In this document: positions 40,377 through 49,670 of the stretch, piece by piece
How positions within the stretch are numbered: the first letter of the stretch is position 1
Layout: each line of letters begins with the position of its first letter
From: an uncultured Eubacteriales bacterium
Lineage (GTDB): Bacteria > Bacillota > Clostridia > Oscillospirales > Oscillospiraceae
Direction of reading: 5' to 3'
Assembly: GCA_902477135.1 (NCBI GenBank)
Contig: CABSFR010000002.1
Span: forward strand, 9,649 to 73,648
DNA: 64,000 bases
Position numbers and translations under genes: made by a program
The notes under the pieces: model-generated
Database searches by the model: none
What the model was told of the DNA's origin: nothing
What the model saw: only the letters and a program-made list of their open reading frames with translations

Positions 40377-41333
40377 ATGGTAGAAATTGACAAGCCGCGT
40401 ATTGAGTGTATCGACTCTCCCGAAGATCCTTCCCATGGCGTATTTATCGTAGAACCGCTGGAGCGGGGCTACGGTACGACCTTGGGTAATTCTCTGAGAA
40501 GAATTCTTCTGTCCTCACTGCCCGGCACCGCCGCGACCTCGATCAAGATCGCCGGTGTCCAGCATGAGTTCTCCACCATCCCCGGTGTGAAGGAAGATGT
40601 TACGGAGATCGTCCTGAACATCAAGAGAATTATCTTCAAGATGAACTGCGACGGTATCAAGACGGTTTATATCGACGCCAACGGTGAATGCGAAGTCACG
40701 GCGGGCGACATCAAGACCGACGACGATGTGGAGATCATCAACAAGGATCTGCACATCTGCTCGCTCGGGCCGGATGCATCGCTGAACATGGAGATCACCA
40801 TGAGCCGTGGTCGCGGCTATGTGCCTGCCGACCGCAACAAGACCCCGCAGACCCCCATCGGCGTCATTCCCGTCGACTCCCTCTATTCGCCTGTCTATCG
40901 CGTCAACTACACGGTGGAAAACACCCGTGTCGGCAACATGACCGATTTTGACAAGCTGACTCTGGAAGTCTGGACCGACGCGACCACCACTGCAAAGGAC
41001 GCGGTTTCCATTGCAGCGAAAATTCTCACGGAGCATCTGACGCTGTTCACCGACCTGTCCGAAACGGCAGCCGGTCAGTCCATCGTCGTTGCCAAGACCA
41101 CGGAGAGCGAACCGGCAGCCCTCAAGCTGACCATCGAGGAGCTGGATCTTTCCGTCCGCAGCTTCAACTGCCTCAAGCGCGCCAACATCAACACCGTCCG
41201 CGATCTGATCTCCAGAACGCCGGAGGAAATGATGAAGGTTCGCAACATGGGTAAGAAGTCGCTCGACGAGGTTCAGAATAAGCTGACCATGATGGGCCTG
41301 TCGCTCGCAGCGGAAGAATCCGGCACCAATTAA
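40377..41333 (+). CDS. rpoA: DNA-directed RNA polymerase subunit alpha
   Basis: Conserved N-terminal dimerisation domain and C-terminal domain; operon position. Confidence 0.97.
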   Translation: MVEIDKPRIECIDSPEDPSHGVFIVEPLERGYGTTLGNSLRRILLSSLPGTAATSIKIAGVQHEFSTIPGVKEDVTEIVLNIKRIIFKMNCDGIKTVYIDANGECEVTAGDIKTDDDVEIINKDLHICSLGPDASLNMEITMSRGRGYVPADRNKTPQTPIGVIPVDSLYSPVYRVNYTVENTRVGNMTDFDKLTLEVWTDATTTAKDAVSIAAKILTEHLTLFTDLSETAAGQSIVVAKTTESEPAALKLTIEELDLSVRSFNCLKRANINTVRDLISRTPEEMMKVRNMGKKSLDEVQNKLTMMGLSLAAEESGTN

Positions 41334-41370
41334 GATTTACCTTGACCTTTCAAGAAGGAGGATATAACGA

Positions 41371-41712
41371 ATGTTTGGAACCCGTAAGCTCGGCAGAACC
41401 AGCACGCAGCGCAAGGCGATGCTTCGCCAGCTGACCACGGATCTGCTTGACAACGGCAAGATCGAGACGACTTTCTGCCGTGCGAAGGAGCTGCAGCCCG
41501 TCGCGGAGAAGATGATCACCCTCGGCAAGAAGGGCGATCTGGCTGCCTACCGCCGCGCTCTTTCCTATATCACGAAGGAAGACGTTGCTCACAAGCTGTT
41601 TAAGGAGCTGGCTCCCAAGTATGCCGACCGCAACGGCGGCTACACCAGAGTCACCCGTATCGGGATGCGCCGTGGCGATGCTGCCGAGATGGCAGTGATC
41701 GAACTGGTGTGA
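41371..41712 (+). CDS. rplQ: 50S ribosomal protein L17
   Basis: Conserved sequence and operon order. Confidence 0.97.
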   Translation: MFGTRKLGRTSTQRKAMLRQLTTDLLDNGKIETTFCRAKELQPVAEKMITLGKKGDLAAYRRALSYITKEDVAHKLFKELAPKYADRNGGYTRVTRIGMRRGDAAEMAVIELV

Positions 41713-41718
41713 TCCGTA

Positions 41719-41766
41719 GAGAGCCGCTGCCTTTGGCAGCGGCTCTCGGACTGTCAAAAGAGTCCG
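41719..41766 (+). terminator. Tandem hairpins (GAGAGCCGCTGCCtttgGGCAGCGGCTCTC then CGGACTgtcaaaagAGTCCG) ending the ribosomal supercluster. No canonical U-tract
   Basis: 13-bp perfect stem immediately after the rplQ stop. Confidence 0.5.
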
Positions 41767-42014
41767 TAACCGTCAAAATAATTTCACTATTTTGCAAAAA
41801 TCTGACTGTAGAAGTTAAAACGATTGAACATGATTTTTCAACTTTTATAGAGTGATGATTGCTTGCTTCGCAAGAATTTTGACTTACTTCGCAACTCGCA
41901 TCCTACCGTATTTATATACGCCGACGGACGCGAGTTGCTCGTCTTCCGAACTTTTTGGCAGCGGCTCTTTTATTAAAATCACGGCCATGGAGCCGTATAC
42001 CAAAGAGGCAAACA

Positions 42015-42692
42015 ATGAACGAATTAGACAGAATCGACATCACGCAGATGCTCCTGCATGAAAACGGGAGCGTGCTCTACCGTGGGGCGGAGGGCGTGCT
42101 CGTGCGCGGCCCGAAGAGCGGCACACTGCTCACCGACATGACCGACGGCGATTTTCTCGTAAAAAAGCTGCGCGAGCTGTCGCTCACGGAGAACGTACAG
42201 CTCACGGTCAAGAGCGAGAGCGTCCGCGACACCCTGCGCGCGCAGCTGGGCTGCTCGGATGAGACGCCCTGCACGCAGTGGGTCTACGAGAAGAAGGAAG
42301 CACCCGCCTATCCCGCCTGTGACATCCGTCCGCTGACCTTGGACGATGCGCAGACCGTGGCGGAGCATTACGGCCTTGTGGAGCACTCCCTGCCCTATGC
42401 GACCGACCGCATCCGCGCGGGACGTATGTGGGGACTTGTGGAGGACGGTGCGCTTGCCGGGTTTATCGGGATGCACAGGGAAGGCGCGATGGGAATGCTG
42501 GAGATCCTGCCGGAATACCGCAGAAAGGGCTACGGCTTCGCGCTCGAGGCCTTCCTGATCGGTTGGCAGCTACAACAGGGCTGGACGCCCTATTGTCACG
42601 TGGTTTATGGCAACGAGGCCTCCGAGCATCTGCAAATAAGGCTTGGCATGACCAAATGCGACGCGCCCGCGATATGGACGTGGAACGACTGA
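42015..42692 (+). CDS. GNAT-family N-acetyltransferase
   Basis: C-terminal acetyl-CoA-binding motif ...ILPEYRRKGYGFALEAF. ATG at 42015 (the track ORF starts 60 nt earlier). Confidence 0.65.
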   Translation: MNELDRIDITQMLLHENGSVLYRGAEGVLVRGPKSGTLLTDMTDGDFLVKKLRELSLTENVQLTVKSESVRDTLRAQLGCSDETPCTQWVYEKKEAPAYPACDIRPLTLDDAQTVAEHYGLVEHSLPYATDRIRAGRMWGLVEDGALAGFIGMHREGAMGMLEILPEYRRKGYGFALEAFLIGWQLQQGWTPYCHVVYGNEASEHLQIRLGMTKCDAPAIWTWND

Positions 42693-42745
42693 AACAAAGA
42701 AGCACCGGAAACGGCACGCGAAACGCGGCTGTTTCCGGTGTTTTG

Positions 42746-44305
42746 TTATCGCAGGCCGCCCTCTGTCGCGCGGGTCATCGTCCGTTTGCCCCCGATGCTG
42801 CGTCGGATCACGCGCCGCAGCCAAGGACGATCCGTGCAGACATCCGAAAGGCAGTAAAGCGCGCAGAGCACGGCGAGGAAATAGACGCTGCGCAGCGCCA
42901 GAGCCAAAACCGGCTGCGTCGGATGGGGCAGCAGCGAGGTGACAAACAGGCAGGGCAGCAGGCAGAAGACGGGCTTGAGCAGCTGCCACAGAAGCAGACG
43001 CAGGCCAACGACACGCAGCAGGCGGCGGACACTCAGAAAGAGATTGATCGCGTGCGTGAGCGTGAAGGTGAAGACATAGCCCGCAACGCCGTATCTGGGC
43101 AGAAGGAGAAACAGCAGCACGACGTCCAGCGCGGAGGTGAGCGTGTTGTAGCGCACGCAGCTAAGCTGCTCGGCAAGCCCCTTGAGCATCCCGTCGGTGA
43201 TGGCGTCGAGATACAGCATCAGGATCATCGGGGCAAAAGTGCGGAGGTAGCGCCCCGCGTCGGCACTGTGATAGATGAGCGTGCCCAGTGCATCGGCGTT
43301 GACGAAGAGAAAACCGGCGACGAGGCAGGAAAAGAGCATCGTCAGGCGCAGACACTTTCCCGCAAGGTCGCGCACGCGGAGCGTGCGCCCCATGGCAAGG
43401 CAGCGGGAAAGCTCCGGCACGAGCAGATCGGCCAGCGCATAGAGCAGCGCGGCGGGAAACATCAGGATCGGAAAGACCATCGCGTGGATCGTTCCGTAGT
43501 CGGCAAGCGCGCGCGCCGAGGAGCCGCCCCAGCGAGACAACCCATAGGGGATCAGCAGTTGCTCCGCCGTTGTCAGCCCCGCGCGCAGATAGTCGTTCAG
43601 CGCCAGCGGCACGCACAGGCGCAGCAGGCGGGGCGTCATTGCCTCCCGCGACGCGTGCACATGGCGCACATCCCGCCGGTAGCGCGCGTAAAGAAGGAAA
43701 AAGTCAAAAACGCAGCCCAATGACGAACCCAGCGTGATGGCGCAGCAGGCGCGCCGCGCGTCCGTCCAGCGCAGAAGCAGCAGAAGTGTCAGCGCGACGG
43801 AGACCAATCGTTCCGCGATCTCGATGCCGACGAGCTGACGGATGCGCCCGCAGGCGGTATAGTAGCCCGTCATAATGCCGCACAGGCAGGAAAACGGCAG
43901 CAGCAGCCCCATGACCCACAGCGACAGCGCGGCGCGTTCGTCGCGCAGAAGCGCGGAGGCGATACGGCCGGAGAAGAGCATCAGTCCCAACCCCGCCACG
44001 GTGCTCACCAGCAGACCGTAGCGCAGACAAACGCGCATCGCCTGCTTCACACCGCCGGTGCGGCGGTGCCCGAACTCCTCCGCTGCAAGGTACATTGCGC
44101 TGGTGCGGATGCCGGACGTGCCGAGCAGGAGGGCAAACGCGCCGATCGTCCCGATCAGCTGCAAAAGCCCCAAGCCCTCCGCGCCGATGCGGTAGGAGAG
44201 AAATACGTTAAACCCGATGGAGATCAGCCGCAGCAGCAGATTCGTAGCCGTCAGCAGCAGCGCCCCGCCCAGAATGGAACTTTTCAAGCCATCACCCCGC
44301 CACAA
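42746..44305 (-). CDS. MOP-superfamily oligosaccharide/lipid-II flippase family protein (Wzx/MurJ/SpoVB-like, 14 TM)
   Basis: 519-aa polytopic protein with a polysaccharide-biosynthesis-protein-type N-terminus. Confidence 0.7.
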   Translation of the reverse strand: MWRGDGLKSSILGGALLLTATNLLLRLISIGFNVFLSYRIGAEGLGLLQLIGTIGAFALLLGTSGIRTSAMYLAAEEFGHRRTGGVKQAMRVCLRYGLLVSTVAGLGLMLFSGRIASALLRDERAALSLWVMGLLLPFSCLCGIMTGYYTACGRIRQLVGIEIAERLVSVALTLLLLLRWTDARRACCAITLGSSLGCVFDFFLLYARYRRDVRHVHASREAMTPRLLRLCVPLALNDYLRAGLTTAEQLLIPYGLSRWGGSSARALADYGTIHAMVFPILMFPAALLYALADLLVPELSRCLAMGRTLRVRDLAGKCLRLTMLFSCLVAGFLFVNADALGTLIYHSADAGRYLRTFAPMILMLYLDAITDGMLKGLAEQLSCVRYNTLTSALDVVLLFLLLPRYGVAGYVFTFTLTHAINLFLSVRRLLRVVGLRLLLWQLLKPVFCLLPCLFVTSLLPHPTQPVLALALRSVYFLAVLCALYCLSDVCTDRPWLRRVIRRSIGGKRTMTRATEGGLR

Positions 44306-44373
44306 GTATATGACGCCCGTCCGAAAAAAAGCCCCGCGATGAAAAAATCATCGCGGGTGCGGGTTATAACAGG

Positions 44374-44844
44374 TTATAGTAGGTTGGTCGTCCCGTTGAG
44401 CGTTGCCTCCATGAGACGTTCGTCTTCGTAGCGGAGCTTAAGGGAGAAAAACGGGACGTTCTGCTGCATCAGCCGCAGAAAGATCCGGTCGCCCTCCCAT
44501 TGCGGCAGAGCGGAAAAACGCTCGATGGGGATCCATTCCAGCACCCCTTCGTCGCACTGCCGCAGCGTACCTTCAAAATCAGTTGCGTGGAACAGGTGCA
44601 TATACTCGCCCTCCCACCGGTCGGAAACGAAGGTCACGATCCCGCAGTAGCGCCAGCACTTCAGCGTCAAGCCGGTCTCCTCGCGCGCCTCCCGCAGAAG
44701 GCACTCCTCGGGGCTTTCGTTTTCCTCCAGCTTTCCGCCGATCCCGATCCACTTGTCGTGATTGAGGTCGTTCTTCTTTTTTACGCGGTGCAGCAGCAGA
44801 TAGCAGCCGTCGCGTTCAATGTAGCAAAGCGTTGTGTTCTTCAT
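44374..44844 (-). CDS. NUDIX hydrolase (MutT/8-oxo-dGTPase-like)
   Basis: Nudix box GGKLEENESPEECLLREAREETGL. ATG overlaps the stop of the upstream DUF296 gene. Confidence 0.8.
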   Translation of the reverse strand: MKNTTLCYIERDGCYLLLHRVKKKNDLNHDKWIGIGGKLEENESPEECLLREAREETGLTLKCWRYCGIVTFVSDRWEGEYMHLFHATDFEGTLRQCDEGVLEWIPIERFSALPQWEGDRIFLRLMQQNVPFFSLKLRYEDERLMEATLNGTTNLL

Positions 44845-45236
44845 GTCGTTTGAAAGATCAGCTCGTCGTAGCCGGTCGCCTCGTCCCATTCGGTCTCGAT
44901 GCGCCAGCCGTCCAACACGCCGATGACCAGCTCACAGGTGGTGTTTACGATGCAGCCTTCGACCAGATGGCCGCCGATCACGCCCAGATCCTCCCGCGCG
45001 AGGGAGATGTGCAGGTGGCAGCGCGCGGCGCTCACCGTGCCGAAGAGAGAGACGATCTCGCAAGGCTCCTCGATCCTGCGCACCGTGACACCGGAGGCGT
45101 CGCGGACGCGGCCGGCGGAGATGCAGCCCACGGCCGACAGCACAACGCCCGCAGCAAGGTCGTTTTCCTTCGCAAAGGCGCGAATGGACAGCAGCAGGTC
45201 GTCGCCTCGGTGCAGGCGCTTACACAGTGTCTTCAT
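44841..45236 (-). CDS. PPC/DUF296-domain protein (predicted DNA-binding, AT-hook-associated fold)
   Basis: 131 aa and DUF296-type beta-sandwich signature. Confidence 0.55.
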   Translation of the reverse strand: MKTLCKRLHRGDDLLLSIRAFAKENDLAAGVVLSAVGCISAGRVRDASGVTVRRIEEPCEIVSLFGTVSAARCHLHISLAREDLGVIGGHLVEGCIVNTTCELVIGVLDGWRIETEWDEATGYDELIFQTT

Positions 45237-46125
45237 GCGCGTTCAGGATGACTTGGATCGCGTCGTGCACGTTTTCGACCACGCAGTGTGCGCTGCCCTC
45301 CGCGCGCTCGCCGTCGAGCGTCCAGTCCATGTCGGCAGGCGCCTCGATCTCAACACGCGAGCTGGAGACAAAGGTCAGCATCGGCGTGTGGTAATCCTGC
45401 GTCGTCAGCGCCAGCACGCAGTCGTTCAGCTCCAGCAGGCTGTGCGGCTTGCGGATGAGCATCAGCTCGAACAGACCGTCGTTGAGATCCACAATGTCGG
45501 AAGAGAGCGTCAGGACGCCTGCGACCGACGTGGAGTTGCTGATCGCACCGAAGATGTAGTCGTCCTCGTAAACGGCTCCGTCCGCCGTGGTAAAGCGCAG
45601 GTGCTTGCTGCGGATGGAGGCAAGCTCCTTCACACCCGCCAGCAGGTAGGCAAAGTGACCCAGCGCGTTTTTGAGGTTCTGCGGCGTGGCATAAGAGGCG
45701 CGCGTGAAGGCGCCGAAGGAAGCGACATAGGAAAAATAGCGGCCGTTGAAGCGGCCGACGTCGAGCGTGCGCGGCTTGCCGTCGACGATGTCCCGCGCGG
45801 CTTGCAGCAGGTCTTTGGAAAGGTTCAGGCTGTTTGCAAAGTCGTTGGTGCTTCCGGCGGGGATATAGGCCATCGGAACGGAAAGCTCCGCCTGCTTCAG
45901 GCCGGAGAGGACTTCGTTGAAGGTGCCGTCGCCGCCGATGCAGAGAACGACGTCAAATTCGCCGCCGCGCTGCGCTGCGCACGCCGTAGCGTCGCCGCGT
46001 GCGGCGGTCATGTAGGCCGTCACGTCGTAGCCGCCGCGGTTCAGAATGGAGATGATCTCTGCAAGCACGCGGTTTGCGCGCTTCTTCCCCGAACAGGGGT
46101 TCATGATCAAGAGCAGTTTTTTCAT
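45220..46125 (-). CDS. Diacylglycerol kinase catalytic-domain family lipid kinase (YegS/DagK-like)
   Basis: CIGGDGTFNEV and NPCSGKKRA motifs. Confidence 0.8.
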   Translation of the reverse strand: MKKLLLIMNPCSGKKRANRVLAEIISILNRGGYDVTAYMTAARGDATACAAQRGGEFDVVLCIGGDGTFNEVLSGLKQAELSVPMAYIPAGSTNDFANSLNLSKDLLQAARDIVDGKPRTLDVGRFNGRYFSYVASFGAFTRASYATPQNLKNALGHFAYLLAGVKELASIRSKHLRFTTADGAVYEDDYIFGAISNSTSVAGVLTLSSDIVDLNDGLFELMLIRKPHSLLELNDCVLALTTQDYHTPMLTFVSSSRVEIEAPADMDWTLDGERAEGSAHCVVENVHDAIQVILNAHEDTV

Positions 46126-46136
46126 TTCGGCTCCTT

Positions 46137-46808
46137 TCACAGGTACAGGGTCAGCAACAGGACGATCGCCAGAGCGACGCCGATCAGAAGGAACAGGATC
46201 AGCTCACGGCTGCGCGGCTTGCGAATGTGGAAGGGAAGAACAAAGCAGAGCGCGGTGACTGCCGCGAGCGCGGCCAGCGCATAGCCCCAGCCGCTGTGCG
46301 CAAACATGAAGCGATAGGGGAAGATGCAGCCGTAGCGGTTGAGGCAGACGACGGCGGAAATGCAGAAATAGGTCGGGAAGATCAGCGCAGCCGAGGTGAT
46401 GGGCAGGCCGGTGTAGTTCTTGCGGACGTCGTCGGAGGTCTTCTGGCGCATTTCTTCGGTGACGTTGAAATACGCAAGGCGGATCAGGCCGGCCAGCACG
46501 TAGAGCGGGGCGATCAGCCACGCATACCAGCAGCCGCGGCAGAGACTCAGAAGGATGACGGCGGGCAGAACGCCGAAGGCGACAATGTCGCTCAGGGAGT
46601 CGATCTGGATGCCGAAGGCGCGCTCTTCCGCCGTGCGGTTTTTCTTGGTGCGCGCGACCTTGCCGTCGAACATATCGCACAGGCCGCACAGCAGCAGCGC
46701 GATCGTTGCCCAGATCGGGTGCCCCGTGGTGGCCAGCGCCATGCCGAGCACGGAGGAACAAAGACTCAAATAGGTCAGAACGACCGTATAATCATAAAAG
46801 CCAATCAT
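46137..46808 (-). CDS. pssA: CDP-alcohol phosphatidyltransferase (phosphatidylserine synthase-like)
   Basis: D-x2-DG-x2-AR...G-x3-D-x3-D motif (CDMFDGKVARTKK...GIQIDSLSD). Confidence 0.7.
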   Translation of the reverse strand: MIGFYDYTVVLTYLSLCSSVLGMALATTGHPIWATIALLLCGLCDMFDGKVARTKKNRTAEERAFGIQIDSLSDIVAFGVLPAVILLSLCRGCWYAWLIAPLYVLAGLIRLAYFNVTEEMRQKTSDDVRKNYTGLPITSAALIFPTYFCISAVVCLNRYGCIFPYRFMFAHSGWGYALAALAAVTALCFVLPFHIRKPRSRELILFLLIGVALAIVLLLTLYL

Positions 46809-46908
46809 GCAACCCTCTCCATCGTTTTTTATTTCCTTCGATGCTTTCGCAACCTTTACATTATCGCCTGTTTTGTGCGTTTCGTCAAGTGCTGACGCGG
46901 AAAAAGCG

Positions 46909-47640
46909 TCAAAATTCGCCGCAGGCGTACATCAGTGCCGCGAGCGCGCACAACGGCGCGGTCTCGCACCGCAAAATGCGCTTGCCCAGCGTGCAGATCT
47001 CCAGTCCCGCCTGCTGCGCCTGCGCGACCTCCTCTTCGGTAAGCCCGCCCTCGGGGCCGGTCAGCAGCGCCGCCGTCCGGAAGGGCGCGCGCTCCACGGC
47101 CTGACGGAAGGTGTGCTCCTCTTCGTTTTCATAGAAGCAGACGGAAAGCTCCGCCTGCGCCGCGCGCTCGACGGCGGCGAGGTAGGAGGGCAGAACGACG
47201 ACCTGCGGGATGCGCCCGCGGCGCGACTGCTCTGCGGCGGAGGCAGCGATGCGCTGCCAGCGCTCCAGCTTTTTTGCAAGCGATTTTTCGTCCGGACGCG
47301 AAACGCAGCGGGCGGACGGAAAGCAGACGATCTCCGCCGCGCCAAGCTCCGTCGCCTTTTGGATGACGTGCTCCAATTTATCCGCCTTTGGGAAGGAGAG
47401 GTAGATGCCGCAGCGCACCGCAGCTTCGCTTTGCGAAGGGGTGCGGTCGTGGACAACAAGCGCGATCTGCCCTGAAGAAACGTCGGAAACGGTGCAGCGG
47501 TAGTCGCAGCCCTCCGCGTCGCAGAGCGTCACTTCGTCGCCGCGCTTGAGCCGCAGCACGCGCGCGTGCGCGGCGTTTTCGCCGGTGAGCACCATGAAGT
47601 TTTCGCCGATCTCTTCCTTCGGCACAAAAAAGCGGGGCAT
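46909..47640 (-). CDS. rsmE: 16S rRNA (uracil1498-N3)-methyltransferase
   Basis: PUA-like N-domain and SPOUT C-domain (LLTGPEGGLTEEE). ATG 47640 after GGGAGG. Confidence 0.8.
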   Translation of the reverse strand: MPRFFVPKEEIGENFMVLTGENAAHARVLRLKRGDEVTLCDAEGCDYRCTVSDVSSGQIALVVHDRTPSQSEAAVRCGIYLSFPKADKLEHVIQKATELGAAEIVCFPSARCVSRPDEKSLAKKLERWQRIAASAAEQSRRGRIPQVVVLPSYLAAVERAAQAELSVCFYENEEEHTFRQAVERAPFRTAALLTGPEGGLTEEEVAQAQQAGLEICTLGKRILRCETAPLCALAALMYACGEF

Positions 47641-47735
47641 AAAAAGACCTCCCAACGTGCAGATCACATTAGAATCCGGTAAAAAGCATTTGATAGCGGC
47701 AGGTGAAATTCCGCACGACGCCAAAATACACATTC

Positions 47736-47763
47736 ATTGTAACAGAAGAAGAAAAAAACCGCA
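47736..47763 (-). promoter_or_regulatory. Promoter of the rsmE operon (minus strand: TTGCGG-17-TGtTACAAT)
   Basis: Hexamers read from the reverse complement. Confidence 0.5.
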
Positions 47764-47779
47764 AGTGCGAAAAAAGGTG

Positions 47780-47808
47780 TTGACAAAACAGGTGATTTGA
47801 AGTACAAT
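47780..47808 (+). promoter_or_regulatory. Strong promoter (TTGACA-17-TACAAT) driving a ~190-nt leader ahead of the polysaccharide deacetylase gene
   Basis: Consensus hexamers at optimal spacing. Confidence 0.65.
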
Positions 47809-47815
47809 GATCGAG

Positions 47816-48008
47816 CAAATTGGATACGCGAGTGTGCTGGAATAGGTAGACAGGCACGTTTGAGGGGCGTGTGACAACCGTCGTGTGCGTTCAAGTCGCA
47901 TCACTCGCACCAAGGATAAGCGATTGCTGTAGCAATCGCTTATCTTGTATTTACATTTCCGCGCCTGCTGAGCAGTAGGCGCTTTTTTGTGCCAAAGGAG
48001 GCTCGACC
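47816..48008 (+). promoter_or_regulatory. Structured 5' leader / attenuator with three elements. (1) A 7-bp long-range helix (GCGAGTG ~47828 pairing with CACTCGC ~47911) enclosing ~75 nt. (2) A perfect 13-bp palindrome GATAAGCGATTGCtgtaGCAATCGCTTATC. (3) An intrinsic terminator GCGCCTGCTgagcAGTAGGCGC + TTTTTTGTG ending 12 nt before the RBS
   Basis: Structures read from the sequence. Likely a riboswitch or protein-dependent attenuator; the ligand is unknown (Mn2+ is one hypothesis because mntP lies downstream). Confidence 0.5.
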
Positions 48009-49088
48009 GTGAACAGACGTTTTGCAACGCTGGCAGCGACCCTGCTGCTGCCGCTGGCGCTGCTGTTGATGCTTGCGGCACCCACGCAGCTGTTTGATAC
48101 CGCGCCGGTGCGTCCGGACGCGGAGCCTGCCGCCGCGACGCAGACGGTGCACCCCGCGACGGAACCGCCCGAAACGACGGTGACGCCCGAAACGACGCCT
48201 GCGACAGAGCCGACGCCCTCTACGCAGGAGCCGTCGCAGCCGCCCGAGACGGAGCCGCCGACGACCGAGCCGCCTGCGACCGAACCTACGCCCGAGACGA
48301 CAACGCCGCCGGATACGCGCGCGAGCGTGACGGTGCCGATCCTGATGTATCACCACTTTGCCGAGGAGGGCAACGACAGCACCGTCATCACGCCGGAGAA
48401 CTTCCGCGCGCAGCTGGAAGCGGCGCAGGCGGCGGGGTGGCAGGCGGTCTCCATGCTGGAGCTTTACGACTATGTTTACTACGGCTGCGCCCTGCCGGAG
48501 AAGCCCTTCTGCATCACCATCGACGACGGTTACCTGAGCAATTACACGCTTGCTTACCCGATCTTGCAGGAACTGAACATGAAGGCGACGATCTTCTGCA
48601 TCGGCTCTTCCTTTGGAGCAAGCACCTACAAAGACACGCAGACGCCGATCACACCGCATTTTGATTTTGCGCAGGCGCAGGAAATGATGGATTCCGGACT
48701 GATCAGCATCCAATGTCATACATATGATATGCATCAGTGGGCGGCGCAGGAGCCGGAGGGGCAGGCGCGCACCGTAATGGCACCGCTTGCGGGCGAGACG
48801 TCAGAGGCATTTGCCGCGGCCATCGTGCAGGACATCGCGCGTTACCGCGAAATGTACAAGGGTGCGCTGGACGGCTCGCTGTATGTGCTTGCCTACCCGG
48901 GCGGCGTGTTCTCCGCGCAGACCGAACGCGTGCTGCACGAGAACGGCTTTCCTATCACCCTGAGCACGAAGGCCTCCAAGCGAAACCTGCTGGTTCGCGG
49001 GCAGCCGGAGACGCTCTATGCGCTGGGACGTCTGAACGTCACCGAGGCGCAGTCACCGCAGGACATTCTGAACTATCTTTCCAAATAA
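48009..49088 (+). CDS. Polysaccharide deacetylase (NodB/CE4) family protein with N-terminal TM anchor and a Pro/Thr/Glu-rich linker; GTG start
   Basis: VPILMYHHF...CITIDDGY NodB motifs. Linker PETTVTPETTPATEPTPSTQEPSQPPETEPPTTEPPATEPTPETTTPP. Confidence 0.8.
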   Translation: MNRRFATLAATLLLPLALLLMLAAPTQLFDTAPVRPDAEPAAATQTVHPATEPPETTVTPETTPATEPTPSTQEPSQPPETEPPTTEPPATEPTPETTTPPDTRASVTVPILMYHHFAEEGNDSTVITPENFRAQLEAAQAAGWQAVSMLELYDYVYYGCALPEKPFCITIDDGYLSNYTLAYPILQELNMKATIFCIGSSFGASTYKDTQTPITPHFDFAQAQEMMDSGLISIQCHTYDMHQWAAQEPEGQARTVMAPLAGETSEAFAAAIVQDIARYREMYKGALDGSLYVLAYPGGVFSAQTERVLHENGFPITLSTKASKRNLLVRGQPETLYALGRLNVTEAQSPQDILNYLSK

Positions 49089-49103
49089 CGGGGGTCGTCT
49101 GTT

Positions 49104-49667
49104 TTGAAACTGCTGGATCTTATCCTAACTGCCATCGCGCTGTCCATGGACGCCTTTGCGGTGTCTGTCGGAAAGGGACTTTGCGCGCCGCGTGTGCGCC
49201 TGCGCCACTGCCTGACCTGCGGCGTATATTTCGGCGGCTTTCAGGCGCTGATGCCGCTGCTGGGCTACTATCTGTGCACGTCCTTTGCCCGCTACATCAC
49301 CCGCTTTGACCACTGGATCGCCTTCGTGCTGCTCGCGCTCATCGGCGCGAATATGCTCCGCGAGGCCTTTTCCGAGGAGGAAGAGAATGTGGACGCCTCC
49401 TTCGGCGTCAAGACGATGCTCGTCATGGCGGTCGCCACGAGCATCGACGCGCTGGCGACCGGCGTGACCTTTGCCATGATGGAGGGAACGAACATCTGGC
49501 TGGCGATCACCATCGTCGGCAGCACGACCTTCCTGTTTTCCGCCATTGGTGTGAAGATCGGCAGCGTGTTCGGTGCAAAATACCGTTTCGGCGCGGAGGT
49601 GCTGGGCGGCGTGATCCTGATCCTGATGGGTCTGAAGATCCTCATCGAGCACTTGGCCGGAGGCTGA
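49104..49667 (+). CDS. mntP: Manganese efflux pump MntP (TTG start)
   Basis: LSMDAFAVSVG and the repeated MntP half-domains. Confidence 0.85.
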   Translation: MKLLDLILTAIALSMDAFAVSVGKGLCAPRVRLRHCLTCGVYFGGFQALMPLLGYYLCTSFARYITRFDHWIAFVLLALIGANMLREAFSEEEENVDASFGVKTMLVMAVATSIDALATGVTFAMMEGTNIWLAITIVGSTTFLFSAIGVKIGSVFGAKYRFGAEVLGGVILILMGLKILIEHLAGG

Positions 49668-49670
49668 GCC

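Noticed and set aside
41852-42061. 69-aa ORF in the AT-rich spacer overlapping the GNAT start
   Set aside because: No RBS, overlaps a better-supported start, odd composition
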